This document shows positions 29,080 to 38,554 of a stretch of 41,532 bases of DNA, piece by piece. A program made the position numbers and the translations under genes. The notes under the pieces were generated by a model. It had not been told where the DNA came from, searched no databases, and saw only the letters and a list, made by a program, of their open reading frames with translations. This stretch comes from an uncultured Eubacteriales bacterium (GTDB taxonomy: Bacteria > Bacillota > Clostridia > Peptostreptococcales > Anaerovoracaceae), in assembly GCA_910585135.1 (NCBI GenBank), contig CAJUEB010000001.1:6027-47558 (forward strand), written 5' to 3'. Numbering within the stretch: the first letter of the stretch is position 1; every line of letters begins with the position of its first letter.

Positions 29080-29751
29080 ATGGCAAAAATCTTAGTTGCA
29101 GATGACGAACAAAAGATCCGGGAGGTAATCAGGGAATATTCTGAATTTAACGGTCACGAAATAACAGAAGCAGCTGACGGAATGACGGCAGTAGGCCTAT
29201 GCAAACTCAACGATTACGACTTGATCATCATGGATATCATGATGCCAAAGCTGGATGGATTCTCTGCCTGCAAGGAAATTCGAAAGATAAAAGATATTCC
29301 TATTATCATGCTGTCCGCCAGAAGCGAAGAATACGATAAGCTGTTTGGCTTCGAACTGGGCATAGACGATTATGTCGTGAAGCCTTTCAGCCCCAAAGAG
29401 CTGATGGCAAGGGTCAATGCCGTGCTGGCCAGAAATCACGCTGCCGAAAAGCCGAGCGAAAAAATCATGAGCTTTGACGGCCTTGAAATTAATATCCCTG
29501 CAAGAACCGTTTCCGTAGACGGCAAAAAGGTCGATCTGACACCGAAGGAATACGATCTTCTGTTCTATCTGGTGGAAAACAAGAACATTGCCCTCTCCAG
29601 GGATAAGCTGCTCTCCGATATCTGGGGCTATGATTTCTTCGGCGATGACAGAACCATCGATACGCACATCAAAAACCTCCGGAATAATCTGGGAAAATAC
29701 AGGGACTATATCGTTACACTCAGAGGGGTGGGTTATAAATTTGAAGCTTAA
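29080..29751 (+). CDS. OmpR/PhoB-family response regulator
   Basis: ILVADDE, DIMMPKLDG phosphoacceptor, KPF, winged helix LTPKEYDLL..RTIDTHIKNLR..RGVGYKF. Start ATG 29080 behind AAGGAG. Confidence 0.95.
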   Translation: MAKILVADDEQKIREVIREYSEFNGHEITEAADGMTAVGLCKLNDYDLIIMDIMMPKLDGFSACKEIRKIKDIPIIMLSARSEEYDKLFGFELGIDDYVVKPFSPKELMARVNAVLARNHAAEKPSEKIMSFDGLEINIPARTVSVDGKKVDLTPKEYDLLFYLVENKNIALSRDKLLSDIWGYDFFGDDRTIDTHIKNLRNNLGKYRDYIVTLRGVGYKFEA

Positions 29752-31177
29752 ATTCAAGATTGATTACAGAAGCATAAAATTTAAAACATGCTTGTATTTT
29801 ATATTGTTCGCGGGTTTTCTCCTGATCGTCTTATGGTTTTTGCAGGTGCTGTTCCTCAACAATTTTTACGGCGTAATGAAAGATGAGCAGACACAGCGCG
29901 TTGTCAAGGATATCCAGTCCAATTACAAAATCCAAAGCAACAGCAAGTTTCTGCGTTCCATCGAAACGATATCAAACTCCAACGATATGTTTATCTACAT
30001 CATATCCTCCGATGGAAACACCATGTACTTCAAGCCATCCGGCGACGCCACAAGCTCCAACTACTATGCAGAACAGATACAGACCGTCAACGATGCCATG
30101 CTGGAGTCAAAGGATCGCTCTGCATACCTGAAAATCAAAAGCGCCGATGACTCTAAGGAGGTTCTGGCTTACGGCTCTCTTTTGACGGCAAAGGGCAAGA
30201 CGCCGCTTCTGGTCTATATCTTTTCCCCATTGTTTCCGATTTCTTCAACGATACAGATATTGACCAACCAGCTCGTATACGTGTCCTTCATATCGCTGCT
30301 CGTTGCATGCCTGATTTCCTTCTACCTTTCCATCAGGATCACCAAGCCTATCCGTACCATCACCCGTTCCGCCGAACGGCTCGCTGACGGTGAATACGGA
30401 ATCATGTTCAAGGGCGGTCATTATACGGAAATCAACCATCTGGCGGACACGCTGACCCGCGCCTCTATCGAACTGGAAAAATCGGATATGCTGCAAAAAG
30501 ATCTGATCGCCAACGTTTCCCATGACCTGCGGACGCCGCTGACGATGATCAAATCCTACGCGGAAATGATCCGAGATCTATCAGGCAATAATCCGCAAAA
30601 ACGGGAACAACACCTGCAAGTCATCATCGATGAGGCCGACAGGCTTAACGCCCTCGTAGGAGATCTGCTGTCCATATCCAGGATGCAGTCCGGCAAGATG
30701 GTGTTAGAGCGGAGCGATTTTAACATCACCCATGCGGTCGAGAGCATCATCAACACCTATAAAATCATGGAAGTAGACGAAGGATACACGTTCCATTTCA
30801 ACTGCCCTGTCAATTTCATCGTCAACGGCGATGAAGAAAAAATCAAGCAGGTTATCGCTAATCTCGTGACCAATGCGATCAAATTCGCAGGAGAAGATAA
30901 AACGATAAATATATCGCTCAAGCGCCGTGGAAAATCCGTCGTCTGCAAGGTTGAGGATCACGGCGTAGGCATCAAAGCCGATGAGCTTGACCATGTGTGG
31001 GAGCGCTACTACCGCGCCAGTTCCAACATGGTACGCGCCTCCGAAGGATCGGGTCTTGGGCTTTCCATCGTCAAGGAAATCCTCACCCTACACAAAACCG
31101 ATTTTGGCGTAAGCAGCACCCTTGGAAAGGGAACGACCTTCTGGTTTGAGCTGATGTATGTCAAGACGGAAAAATAG
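29741..31177 (+). CDS. Membrane sensor histidine kinase (HAMP, HisKA, HATPase)
   Basis: Two TMs, H-box NVSHDLRTPLT, N-box NLVTNAIKF, DHGVGI, GSGLGLSI. Probable TTG start at 29741 overlapping the regulator's end; the ORF-track N-terminus is overlap. Confidence 0.93.
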   Translation: MKLKFKIDYRSIKFKTCLYFILFAGFLLIVLWFLQVLFLNNFYGVMKDEQTQRVVKDIQSNYKIQSNSKFLRSIETISNSNDMFIYIISSDGNTMYFKPSGDATSSNYYAEQIQTVNDAMLESKDRSAYLKIKSADDSKEVLAYGSLLTAKGKTPLLVYIFSPLFPISSTIQILTNQLVYVSFISLLVACLISFYLSIRITKPIRTITRSAERLADGEYGIMFKGGHYTEINHLADTLTRASIELEKSDMLQKDLIANVSHDLRTPLTMIKSYAEMIRDLSGNNPQKREQHLQVIIDEADRLNALVGDLLSISRMQSGKMVLERSDFNITHAVESIINTYKIMEVDEGYTFHFNCPVNFIVNGDEEKIKQVIANLVTNAIKFAGEDKTINISLKRRGKSVVCKVEDHGVGIKADELDHVWERYYRASSNMVRASEGSGLGLSIVKEILTLHKTDFGVSSTLGKGTTFWFELMYVKTEK

Positions 31178-31315
31178 CGACAAAGAACACGCTACAGGAA
31201 TCCCCGCAAATGACGCAAAGCGGCAGCAGCTGCGGCGATAAACGAAGACGAACCGCACGTGAGCCTATAGATGCAAGGCAAAAATAGAAGCAAAACTAGA
31301 GAAAGGATGCAAACG

Positions 31316-32134
31316 ATGCACGATAAACCTAACGAAATATGCAGATTAGACTGCGACTTCCACACCCATACCGGATTTTCCGATGACTGCGATATCCCAC
31401 CTGAAAAAATGCTGGAAAGCGCATATGCCAAAGGAATCAAAACCTTAGCGGTCACCGACCATTACGATCCCGGATATCCAGACCCGGAATTTCCGTTTAC
31501 CATAGATTTTGAAACCTATCAGAAGCGCCTGCAAAAATTGAAGGAAAAATACCAAGTCAGGATGGAAATCCTGACGGGGCTTGAAGTAGGCATCATGGAT
31601 GGGCAATTTGAAGCCGCCAATAAAATCGTCAACGCCTTTCCCTATGATTTTATCATCGGCTCTTTCCACTGCTATCGCGGGAAAGACCTCTATACCTATG
31701 ATTATTCGAATGCAGACGGGCCTGCCATGCTGGAGGACTTTTATACCTGGATGTATGATTGCCTCAAGGAATTTGACAACTACGATATCCTTGGACATTT
31801 CAGCATCCTGGATCGGTACATCGGCAAGCTGTATGACTATGCGCCTGTTGAAGAGATTATCGATGAAATCCTGAAGCTCCTGATCCAACGTGGAAAGGGC
31901 ATTGAAATCAATACGTCAAGCTTTAAATATGGAACGGGGACTTGGCTTCCGCGGGAATCGATCCTAAAGCGATACCGCCAGCTAGGCGGCGAAATTCTGA
32001 CCTTCGGCTCTGACGCCCACGACCCGCAGTATTATCAATACCATTTTAATGACGCCGTAGAGCTGGCGAAAAGCCTGGGCTACCGTTATTACTGCAAATT
32101 CCGGGAAAGAAAGCCAGAATTTATCGCGCTATAG
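31316..32134 (+). CDS. PHP-family phosphatase, HisJ/HisK histidinol-phosphatase-like
   Basis: DFHTHT, AVTDH, GLEVG, IIGSFH, LGH, IEINTS, FGSDAH. Start likely ATG 31316 behind GAAAGGA. Confidence 0.88.
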   Translation: MHDKPNEICRLDCDFHTHTGFSDDCDIPPEKMLESAYAKGIKTLAVTDHYDPGYPDPEFPFTIDFETYQKRLQKLKEKYQVRMEILTGLEVGIMDGQFEAANKIVNAFPYDFIIGSFHCYRGKDLYTYDYSNADGPAMLEDFYTWMYDCLKEFDNYDILGHFSILDRYIGKLYDYAPVEEIIDEILKLLIQRGKGIEINTSSFKYGTGTWLPRESILKRYRQLGGEILTFGSDAHDPQYYQYHFNDAVELAKSLGYRYYCKFRERKPEFIAL

Positions 32135-32366
32135 GCTTTTGATATTACGAAAGCTTTTTGCTTTTCCGTGTTTTTTAACAATTGCACACAGTTTTTTAAG
32201 GAAATAATGCCGCCGCATGCAGGGAATACGCACAAGGTACGATAAAACAATAGCATCACGGGAATATAAAAGTTATTCATGAACTTCCCAATAGCCATAC
32301 CGCCTGCCACCTTTGCGTTCTATTAACCGTTTGTCTTTCAATACATCCAATCACCTGTATCAAAAA

Positions 32367-33806
32367 TCAAGAACCAAACAATTTCTTGATTTCCGCGATA
32401 TTGCGGATTCCCATCAGCTTGATCGGCGCTGCCTGGCCATCCTTCCTCTTCGCATTAACGTCTTGCAGCACTTTCTTAAGCCGTTCCGCGTTTTTAATCG
32501 GCAAAACGACCCGCTCAAAGCCAAGTTTAGCGGCTTCCCGTAGGATCTTTTCACCATTCTGCACGGCACGCAAATCCCCCGTAAGGCCAATTTCACCAAG
32601 CGCCACGGTTTTACTGCCAAGAACTTTCCCGCTATAAGAAGAATATACGGCAAGCGCTACCGCCAGATCCGTATACGTCCCTTCCGGCCTGATGCCGCCT
32701 ACGATATTGACGTAAACATCCTGGTTAATGAGAGAAAGCCCCATCTTCTTTTCTAACACCGCCAAAATCATGTTCAATCGCGAATTTTCCACGCCGATCG
32801 AAGTCCTTCTGGCAAAGCCGATGTTGGTCGGCGAGGTCAAAGCCTGCACTTCCAAAATCAATGGACGCGTCCCTTCATAAACAGCCGTGACCACTGCACC
32901 TTCACTGTCCTTATCCATTTCCTCCAGAAGCGTTCCCGAAAGGTTTTCAATCTCAATCAGCCCCTGTTCCGCCATTTCGAATGCCCCGATCTCACTGGTT
33001 GTCCCAAACCTGTTTTTCTGCGCCCGCAAAATCCTCATTTCATGGCTTCTGTCTCCCGTAAAGCTGAGCACACAGTCAACCATATGCTCCACGATTCTCG
33101 GACCTGCCAGTTCCCCGCTCTTGGTGACATGCGCAACGATAAACACAGGGATATTATAACCCTTGCCGATCCGCATCAGGTCATTGCCACAGACCCGCAC
33201 CTGGGAAACGCTGCCCGGCGCAGAATCAATATCCGCGCTATACATGGTCTGGATAGAATCGATGATGAGAAACGCCGGCTTGATCTGCTGGCAGACATGA
33301 TCGATGTTTTCCATATTGGTTTCCGCCAAGATGTAAAGGCTGTCCGGCAGCTTCCGGCACACCCGGTCGGCGCGCATCTTTATTTGCTCCTCCGATTCCT
33401 CTCCCGATACGTAAAGAACCGCGCCCTTTTCCGCTGCGATATGGGCCGCGGCTTGAATGATGATCGTGGATTTCCCGATGCCCGGTTCGCCCGAAATCAA
33501 CGTAAGCGAACCCGGCACAAGGCCGCCGCCCAGCACCCGGTTAAGCTCCCCGATTCCGGTATCGATCCGCTCATGCTCTCCTGAAACGACCTGCGACAGC
33601 TTCGCAGGCTTCCCAGCCTTTCTCAGCTCCCCATTTTCCGATCCCGCTCCCTGCGCGGATGTTCTACGGCGTTTATCCTGCTTGTCAAGATCGAGCACTT
33701 TCTCTTCCACCATCGAATTCCAAGCGCCGCAAATACACCGCCCCATCCATTTAGAGCTTTCATAGCCACATTCCTGGCATACGAATACGGTCTGATTCTT
33801 TTTCAT
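32367..33806 (-). CDS. radA: DNA repair protein RadA/Sms
   Basis: Zinc finger CQEC..KWMGRCIC, GEPGIGKST, IIDSIQT, KNRFG, Lon-like C-terminal domain (GEIGLTG). Start ATG 33806. Confidence 0.97.
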   Translation of the reverse strand: MKKNQTVFVCQECGYESSKWMGRCICGAWNSMVEEKVLDLDKQDKRRRTSAQGAGSENGELRKAGKPAKLSQVVSGEHERIDTGIGELNRVLGGGLVPGSLTLISGEPGIGKSTIIIQAAAHIAAEKGAVLYVSGEESEEQIKMRADRVCRKLPDSLYILAETNMENIDHVCQQIKPAFLIIDSIQTMYSADIDSAPGSVSQVRVCGNDLMRIGKGYNIPVFIVAHVTKSGELAGPRIVEHMVDCVLSFTGDRSHEMRILRAQKNRFGTTSEIGAFEMAEQGLIEIENLSGTLLEEMDKDSEGAVVTAVYEGTRPLILEVQALTSPTNIGFARRTSIGVENSRLNMILAVLEKKMGLSLINQDVYVNIVGGIRPEGTYTDLAVALAVYSSYSGKVLGSKTVALGEIGLTGDLRAVQNGEKILREAAKLGFERVVLPIKNAERLKKVLQDVNAKRKDGQAAPIKLMGIRNIAEIKKLFGS

Positions 33807-33851
33807 TCTATTTTCCTCCAATTATCAGCAAAAGCACAGAACAATACAGAG

Positions 33852-33898
33852 AAATGGCAGGAACGCTCCGAATCATGAAACGGATTTTCCTGCCATTT
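33852..33898. other. 12-bp-arm hairpin in the fusA2-radA spacer
   Basis: AAATGGCAGGAA...TTCCTGCCATTT with an inner TCCG/CGGA stem; function unknown. Confidence 0.5.
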
Positions 33899-34113
33899 TG
33901 TTTTCTAAAAATTACTAAAGCGATCCAAAGGAAAGCCATTGACTGCCCTTTCCATCAAATCATCCGGTATCTCATGCGCACTTCAACCTTACCCTTGGAG
34001 CGTGTGCCGACAAACTTCATCGGGGTTTTCCAAGGATATCCAATCGAATACTAGCCAGATTTACGCCTGATTTCGATTTTTAGGCTCTGCTTTTCACTGT
34101 TCTGCTGTCCTGA

Positions 34114-36057
34114 TTACTTCGCTTCCTGCCCTGCCTGGTATTCGGCGATAATCTTCTGCGCCATCTGAGCAGGCACTTCTTCGTAACGCTCAAATTCCAT
34201 GGTAAACGAACCTCTTGCCTGTGTCATTGAGCGGAGAACGATCGCATAATCGAAAAGCTCTACCTGCGGCGCTTCCGCCATCAGCTTCTGCCCGCCGCCG
34301 GCCAGAGGTTCCATGCCGAGGATCTTGCCCCTTCTCTTATTCATATCGCCCATGACATCGCCCATATAATCATCAGGAACGACGATTTCAAGCTTCATCA
34401 CAGGTTCCAAAAGGCACGGCTTCGCTTCTGCGATACCTTTCTTGAAGGCAAGGGATGCCGCAATCTTAAACGCCATTTCGTTGGAGTCTACATCGTGGTA
34501 AGAGCCATCATAAAGAACCGCTTTAATATTCACAACCCTGCATCCTGCCAAAGGACCTTTTTCCATGGATTCCCGCAGACCTTTTTCTACCGCAGGAACG
34601 TAGTTTTTCGGAATCGAGCCGCCAAACAGCTCTTCGGAAAACTCAAAATCCTCCTGTGCAGGAGAGAACCTGATGTGAACATCACCGTACTGGCCCGCGC
34701 CGCCGGATTGCTTCTTATGCTTACCCTGTACATCGGAATTTCCTTTGATTGTTTCTCTGTATGCGATTTTCTGCGGAACGGTTACAACTTCCACGCCAAA
34801 CTTATCCTTGAGCTTCGCCGTGATGATATTGAGCTGAATTTCACCTTGTCCGCCGAGCAGCGTCTGATGCGTCTCCACGTTTCGTTCCAGCTTGAAGGAC
34901 GGATCTTCTTCCATCAGTTTATGAAGGCCTGTTCCCATCTTTTCGTCGTCGCCCTTATCGGAAGGTTCAACTGCCTGATAAAGGGATGGTGCTGGAAATT
35001 CTACCGGCGGGAATTTGATGATGTTCGCCTTTTCGCAAAGCGTATCGCCCGTCTTCGTAAACTGCAATTTTGCGATTGCCACGATGTCGCCCGCTTCTAC
35101 GGCAGGAGCATCCTCCTGGGATTTTCCCCTCATAAAGAACATCGCACCCAGCTTTTCTGCTTTTTCCGCCCTCGCATTGTAGATTTCCTGCCCTGCCTTG
35201 AGCGTACCGGAAATAACCTTGGCCAGCGAAATTTTACCCAGGAACGGATCTGCGATAGTCTTGAATACGAATGCAGCCGCTTTTCCCGACGGATCTACCG
35301 CTACCTCAATCGCTTCATCCATATCATTTTGGGCTGGATATGCTTCATGGTCTGTAGCCTTCGGCACGAGATCGATAAAATGCTCCAGCGCTTCCTTTAC
35401 GCCTTCGCCTGTCAGTGCAGAACACTGGAATACGGGAACGATATCACCGTTTCCAATGCCCTTGCTGAGACCCTTGGAGAACTGCTCGTCCGTGAGTTCC
35501 ATCGTCTCCAGATAGATTTCCATCAATTCTTCATCCGTCCCTGCGACTTCCTCTTCCAGGGATTCCCGATCATCAAGGGTTACGACGGAGCTTCCAAACT
35601 TTGCCTTCAAATCATCGATGACAGCAGCAACGTCTACATTTTCTTTGTCGGTTTTATTGATGAGGAAAAACTTAGGGATGCCAAACTGCTTACAAGAATT
35701 CCACGCCTTTTCCGTTCCAACCTGTATTCCAGAGGAGGCGTCAACGAGAATCGCCGCGGCTTCTACTGCCCGGAGCGCCGAGTTCACTTCCCCGATGAAA
35801 TCAAAGAATCCCGGCGTATCAACGAAATTGATTTTTACGTTGTTATGTTCAACCGGCACGACAGATGTACTGATGGAATATCCCTTCTCGATTTCCATTT
35901 TATCATAATCGGAAACCGTATTGCCGTCTTCTACCTTACCAAGCCTGCTAATAACACCTGTTGCAAGCAGAGCAGCTTCAAGGAATGTCGTTTTACCGCA
36001 GCCACCATGTCCTACAAGTGCAATGTTTCTGATATTTTCGCTCTTATAGCCCTTCAT
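34114..36057 (-). CDS. Elongation factor G paralog (EF-G2/EF-G II type)
   Basis: IRNIALVGHGGCGKTT, DTPGFFDF, NKTD, domain IV KKQSGGAGQYG and GSYHDVDS, domain V LLEPVM..GDVMGD.NKRRG; not in an rpsL-rpsG-tuf operon. Confidence 0.92.
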   Translation of the reverse strand: MKGYKSENIRNIALVGHGGCGKTTFLEAALLATGVISRLGKVEDGNTVSDYDKMEIEKGYSISTSVVPVEHNNVKINFVDTPGFFDFIGEVNSALRAVEAAAILVDASSGIQVGTEKAWNSCKQFGIPKFFLINKTDKENVDVAAVIDDLKAKFGSSVVTLDDRESLEEEVAGTDEELMEIYLETMELTDEQFSKGLSKGIGNGDIVPVFQCSALTGEGVKEALEHFIDLVPKATDHEAYPAQNDMDEAIEVAVDPSGKAAAFVFKTIADPFLGKISLAKVISGTLKAGQEIYNARAEKAEKLGAMFFMRGKSQEDAPAVEAGDIVAIAKLQFTKTGDTLCEKANIIKFPPVEFPAPSLYQAVEPSDKGDDEKMGTGLHKLMEEDPSFKLERNVETHQTLLGGQGEIQLNIITAKLKDKFGVEVVTVPQKIAYRETIKGNSDVQGKHKKQSGGAGQYGDVHIRFSPAQEDFEFSEELFGGSIPKNYVPAVEKGLRESMEKGPLAGCRVVNIKAVLYDGSYHDVDSNEMAFKIAASLAFKKGIAEAKPCLLEPVMKLEIVVPDDYMGDVMGDMNKRRGKILGMEPLAGGGQKLMAEAPQVELFDYAIVLRSMTQARGSFTMEFERYEEVPAQMAQKIIAEYQAGQEAK

Positions 36058-36096
36058 CTAATGAGACCTCCTAAATTTTTTCTTAAAGATATCATT

Positions 36097-36125
36097 ATTA
36101 TATCATTGGAATGGATTCATAGCAA
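36097..36125 (-). promoter_or_regulatory. Putative sigmaA promoter of the EF-G paralog
   Basis: Minus strand TTGCTA-17bp-TATAAT with extended -10 TG. Confidence 0.65.
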
Positions 36126-36424
36126 CATATTAAGCCCTCAATATTTTATTAAAATTCCAATATTTCAAAAAATATAAAATGCCCGCAGGAAACGGTTCCC
36201 CACATAAAGGATTGTCAAGAAATAATATCTTTTCTGAATCGGGCAAAGGTAGCGCCAGCTAGAATGGAAATCCCAACCGAACAAGCTTGCCAGGCGAAGA
36301 GATTTGAAAAGTAGCACAGTAATGTTAGCAAACAAGTTTACAGACAAAACGACGATGTTAGGCAAAAAGCAATGTCACCCAAACAAATTTTCCAAGCAAA
36401 GCGGCGATTGAAAAGCAAGCATTT

Positions 36425-36457
36425 AAAAAGGCAGGCGAATAAAATTCGTCTGCCTTT
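36425..36457 (-). terminator. Intrinsic terminator after acl
   Basis: Minus strand AAAGGCAGACGAAT-TTT-ATTCGCCTGCCTTTTT. Confidence 0.8.
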
Positions 36458-36515
36458 ATCATGAAAGCAATTCATATCCAAATTTTGAGTCGATAGAATT
36501 AATGTACTCTAATTC

Positions 36516-36977
36516 TTATTTTTCACCAGGGTGCTTTCTATCTTTAAATGAAGCTTCCGTAGGTCCTCTCTGGTCATCCTTCGCAATGAACAGGGAACCT
36601 GTAGCCTTACCGCAAAGTACAGGTGGTTCGCAAGCGGTAGCAGCAGTTTCAGGTGTAGCAACGCCGGTCATGTCTGCATTGGTTCTGTCTAATTGAGTAG
36701 CAACCTTCCATGCTTCAAACTGGCAAGTATATGACTGATTACCAACTTTTTCGATCCATCCATGATATTCCATGAAATCACCAACATATACAGGAGCTAA
36801 AAATTCAACTTCCTTATATCCTAAGAACAAGCTGATATCTCCATCTACGTATACCATCAGTTCCGTACCAACGTCACCCCACTGGTCAACGATTCTAGCA
36901 CCGTTTACCAATCCGCCAACATAATGTGCGTCTTTTGCGCTCATCATAAGGTGATGTACTACTTTTTTACCAACCAT
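36516..36977 (-). CDS. acl: Beta-alanyl-CoA:ammonia lyase (hotdog fold, Acl/Kal family)
   Basis: MVGKKVVHHLMMSAKDAHY..LVNGARIV.QWGDVGTELMVYVDGDISLFLGYK..EF.APVYVGDFMEYHGWIEKVGNQSYTC.FEAWKVA closely matches my recollection of Clostridium (Anaerotignum) propionicum Acl. Confidence 0.85.
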   Translation of the reverse strand: MVGKKVVHHLMMSAKDAHYVGGLVNGARIVDQWGDVGTELMVYVDGDISLFLGYKEVEFLAPVYVGDFMEYHGWIEKVGNQSYTCQFEAWKVATQLDRTNADMTGVATPETAATACEPPVLCGKATGSLFIAKDDQRGPTEASFKDRKHPGEK

Positions 36978-37069
36978 GCTTTTTTCCTCCTTGTATCCGC
37001 TACGCGGAACGATAGCACTTACTGAATTTGCTCAAAATTTCAATCATCTGACGTGTTTTTAGGTTTTAA

Positions 37070-38422
37070 TTAGTCAGCGAAAAGCTTTTCGCCATCAGGC
37101 AGTTCGATATCCAGCGGCTTAACGATCTTGCAAACATTTACCATGTGGATATAGTCAACGTTTCCAGCCAGGATATTGTTACCCCAAGTACCGCAGCCTT
37201 CTGATACTGCCGGTGACAGAGCGTTGCTGGAAGGACCCCATGCATCTGGTGTAGGCTGGTTAACCAGCATACGTGCAACCGGAATTCTTGCGCCTGCATA
37301 CAGGATATGTTCGTCGTCGTTTGTGAACAGACCAGCAGTGTGTCCTGTTCCGCCTGCTTCTTCCATATTCTGAACTGCCATTGCAACAGCATCTTCGAAC
37401 TTGTCGTAGCTCTTCAGGATTACAACAGGTCCCATGATTTCCTTGCACAGAACGTCAGCAGCGCCGATAGCATCAACCTTCAGGCCGATAACCTTTGTGC
37501 CTTCTGGTACTGAGAATCCAGCAGCTTCTGCGATAACGTCAACGTCTTTACCAACCAGTCCTGAGTTGATATGTCCATCGTCAAATAATCCATCACGGAA
37601 TTTAGCAACGTCAGCAGCATCTTCAAAGATAACTGCGCCAGCAGTCTTCAGTTCTGCGAAGAAGTCAGCTTCCAGTTCCTGTGGGTACAGAAGCAGGTTG
37701 TCGCCGTCGCAAAGGATACCGTTATCGCTGCAAATTGCTACGATTGATTTTTCTGCTGCGTCCTTCAGGTCATATCCTCTGTCAAGGATTGCAGGAGGGT
37801 TTCCTGGTCCTACGCCGTAAGCAGGAGTTCCGGATGAATAAGCAGCCTTAGTCAGTCCAGCACCGCCTGTAGCGATAACCAGGTCGCAGTTAGCCATCAG
37901 TTCCTGTGACTTTTCGATTGTAACGTCATTGATAATCTGAACCAGATCTTCTGGAGCTCCGCAAGCCTTCAGGGCTTTTCTGATCAGGTTAACAGTTTCA
38001 GTTGAAGTCTTTTCTGCACGTGGAGCAGGTGAAATAATAACAGCGTTCTTGCCCTTTACTGCGTGCATGAAGTTTCCGAGCGGAGTTACTGTAGGGTTTG
38101 TTGCCGGTGTGATAGCGCCGATAACGCCAACTGGATGTGCAGCTTCAACCAGACCCTGTGATGGATCTTCGTTAATGATACCAACCGATCTCTTATCTTT
38201 CAGGTAATCCCAGAAAGCTGTCGGAGTATCTGTATTCTTTCCAATCTTTGATTCGTAGTCGCCGAGGCCTGTTTCATCAACAGCCAGTCTTGCCAAAGGC
38301 TCAGCGTTCTTATAAATAATCTTTGCGCCCTCATAAACCAGCTTATCGACCTGTTCCTGAGTATAATCGCTAATTTCAGCTACGGCTTTACGCGCTCTTT
38401 CAATTTTGTTTTGAACAGTCAT
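37070..38422 (-). CDS. CoA-acylating aldehyde dehydrogenase (SucD/EutE/AdhE-ALDH-like)
   Basis: PVGVIGAITPATNP, KGKNAVIISP, ATGGAGLTKAAYSSGTPAYGVGPGNPP, catalytic DNGILC, GHT. Start ATG 38422 behind AAGGAG. Confidence 0.88.
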   Translation of the reverse strand: MTVQNKIERARKAVAEISDYTQEQVDKLVYEGAKIIYKNAEPLARLAVDETGLGDYESKIGKNTDTPTAFWDYLKDKRSVGIINEDPSQGLVEAAHPVGVIGAITPATNPTVTPLGNFMHAVKGKNAVIISPAPRAEKTSTETVNLIRKALKACGAPEDLVQIINDVTIEKSQELMANCDLVIATGGAGLTKAAYSSGTPAYGVGPGNPPAILDRGYDLKDAAEKSIVAICSDNGILCDGDNLLLYPQELEADFFAELKTAGAVIFEDAADVAKFRDGLFDDGHINSGLVGKDVDVIAEAAGFSVPEGTKVIGLKVDAIGAADVLCKEIMGPVVILKSYDKFEDAVAMAVQNMEEAGGTGHTAGLFTNDDEHILYAGARIPVARMLVNQPTPDAWGPSSNALSPAVSEGCGTWGNNILAGNVDYIHMVNVCKIVKPLDIELPDGEKLFAD

Positions 38423-38524
38423 ACTTATCAATCTCCTTTTTTCTTCTTAACTATTCTCTGATTTTCGGAATTGCCAAAACCACAAAGCTGCTATATGGTC
38501 TTGTACAACCTCATGATCGTTTTT

Positions 38525-38554
38525 ATTCTACCACCGCCCCACAAACGTTGTCAA
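38525..38554 (-). promoter_or_regulatory. Putative strong sigmaA promoter for the ALDH-acl operon
   Basis: Minus strand TTGACA-18bp-TAGAAT with extended -10 TG, about 100 bp before the ALDH start. Confidence 0.7.

Noticed and set aside
38461..38480. Sigma54 promoter (TTGGCA) before the ALDH
   Set aside because: No GC at the -12 position; a good sigmaA promoter is present instead.
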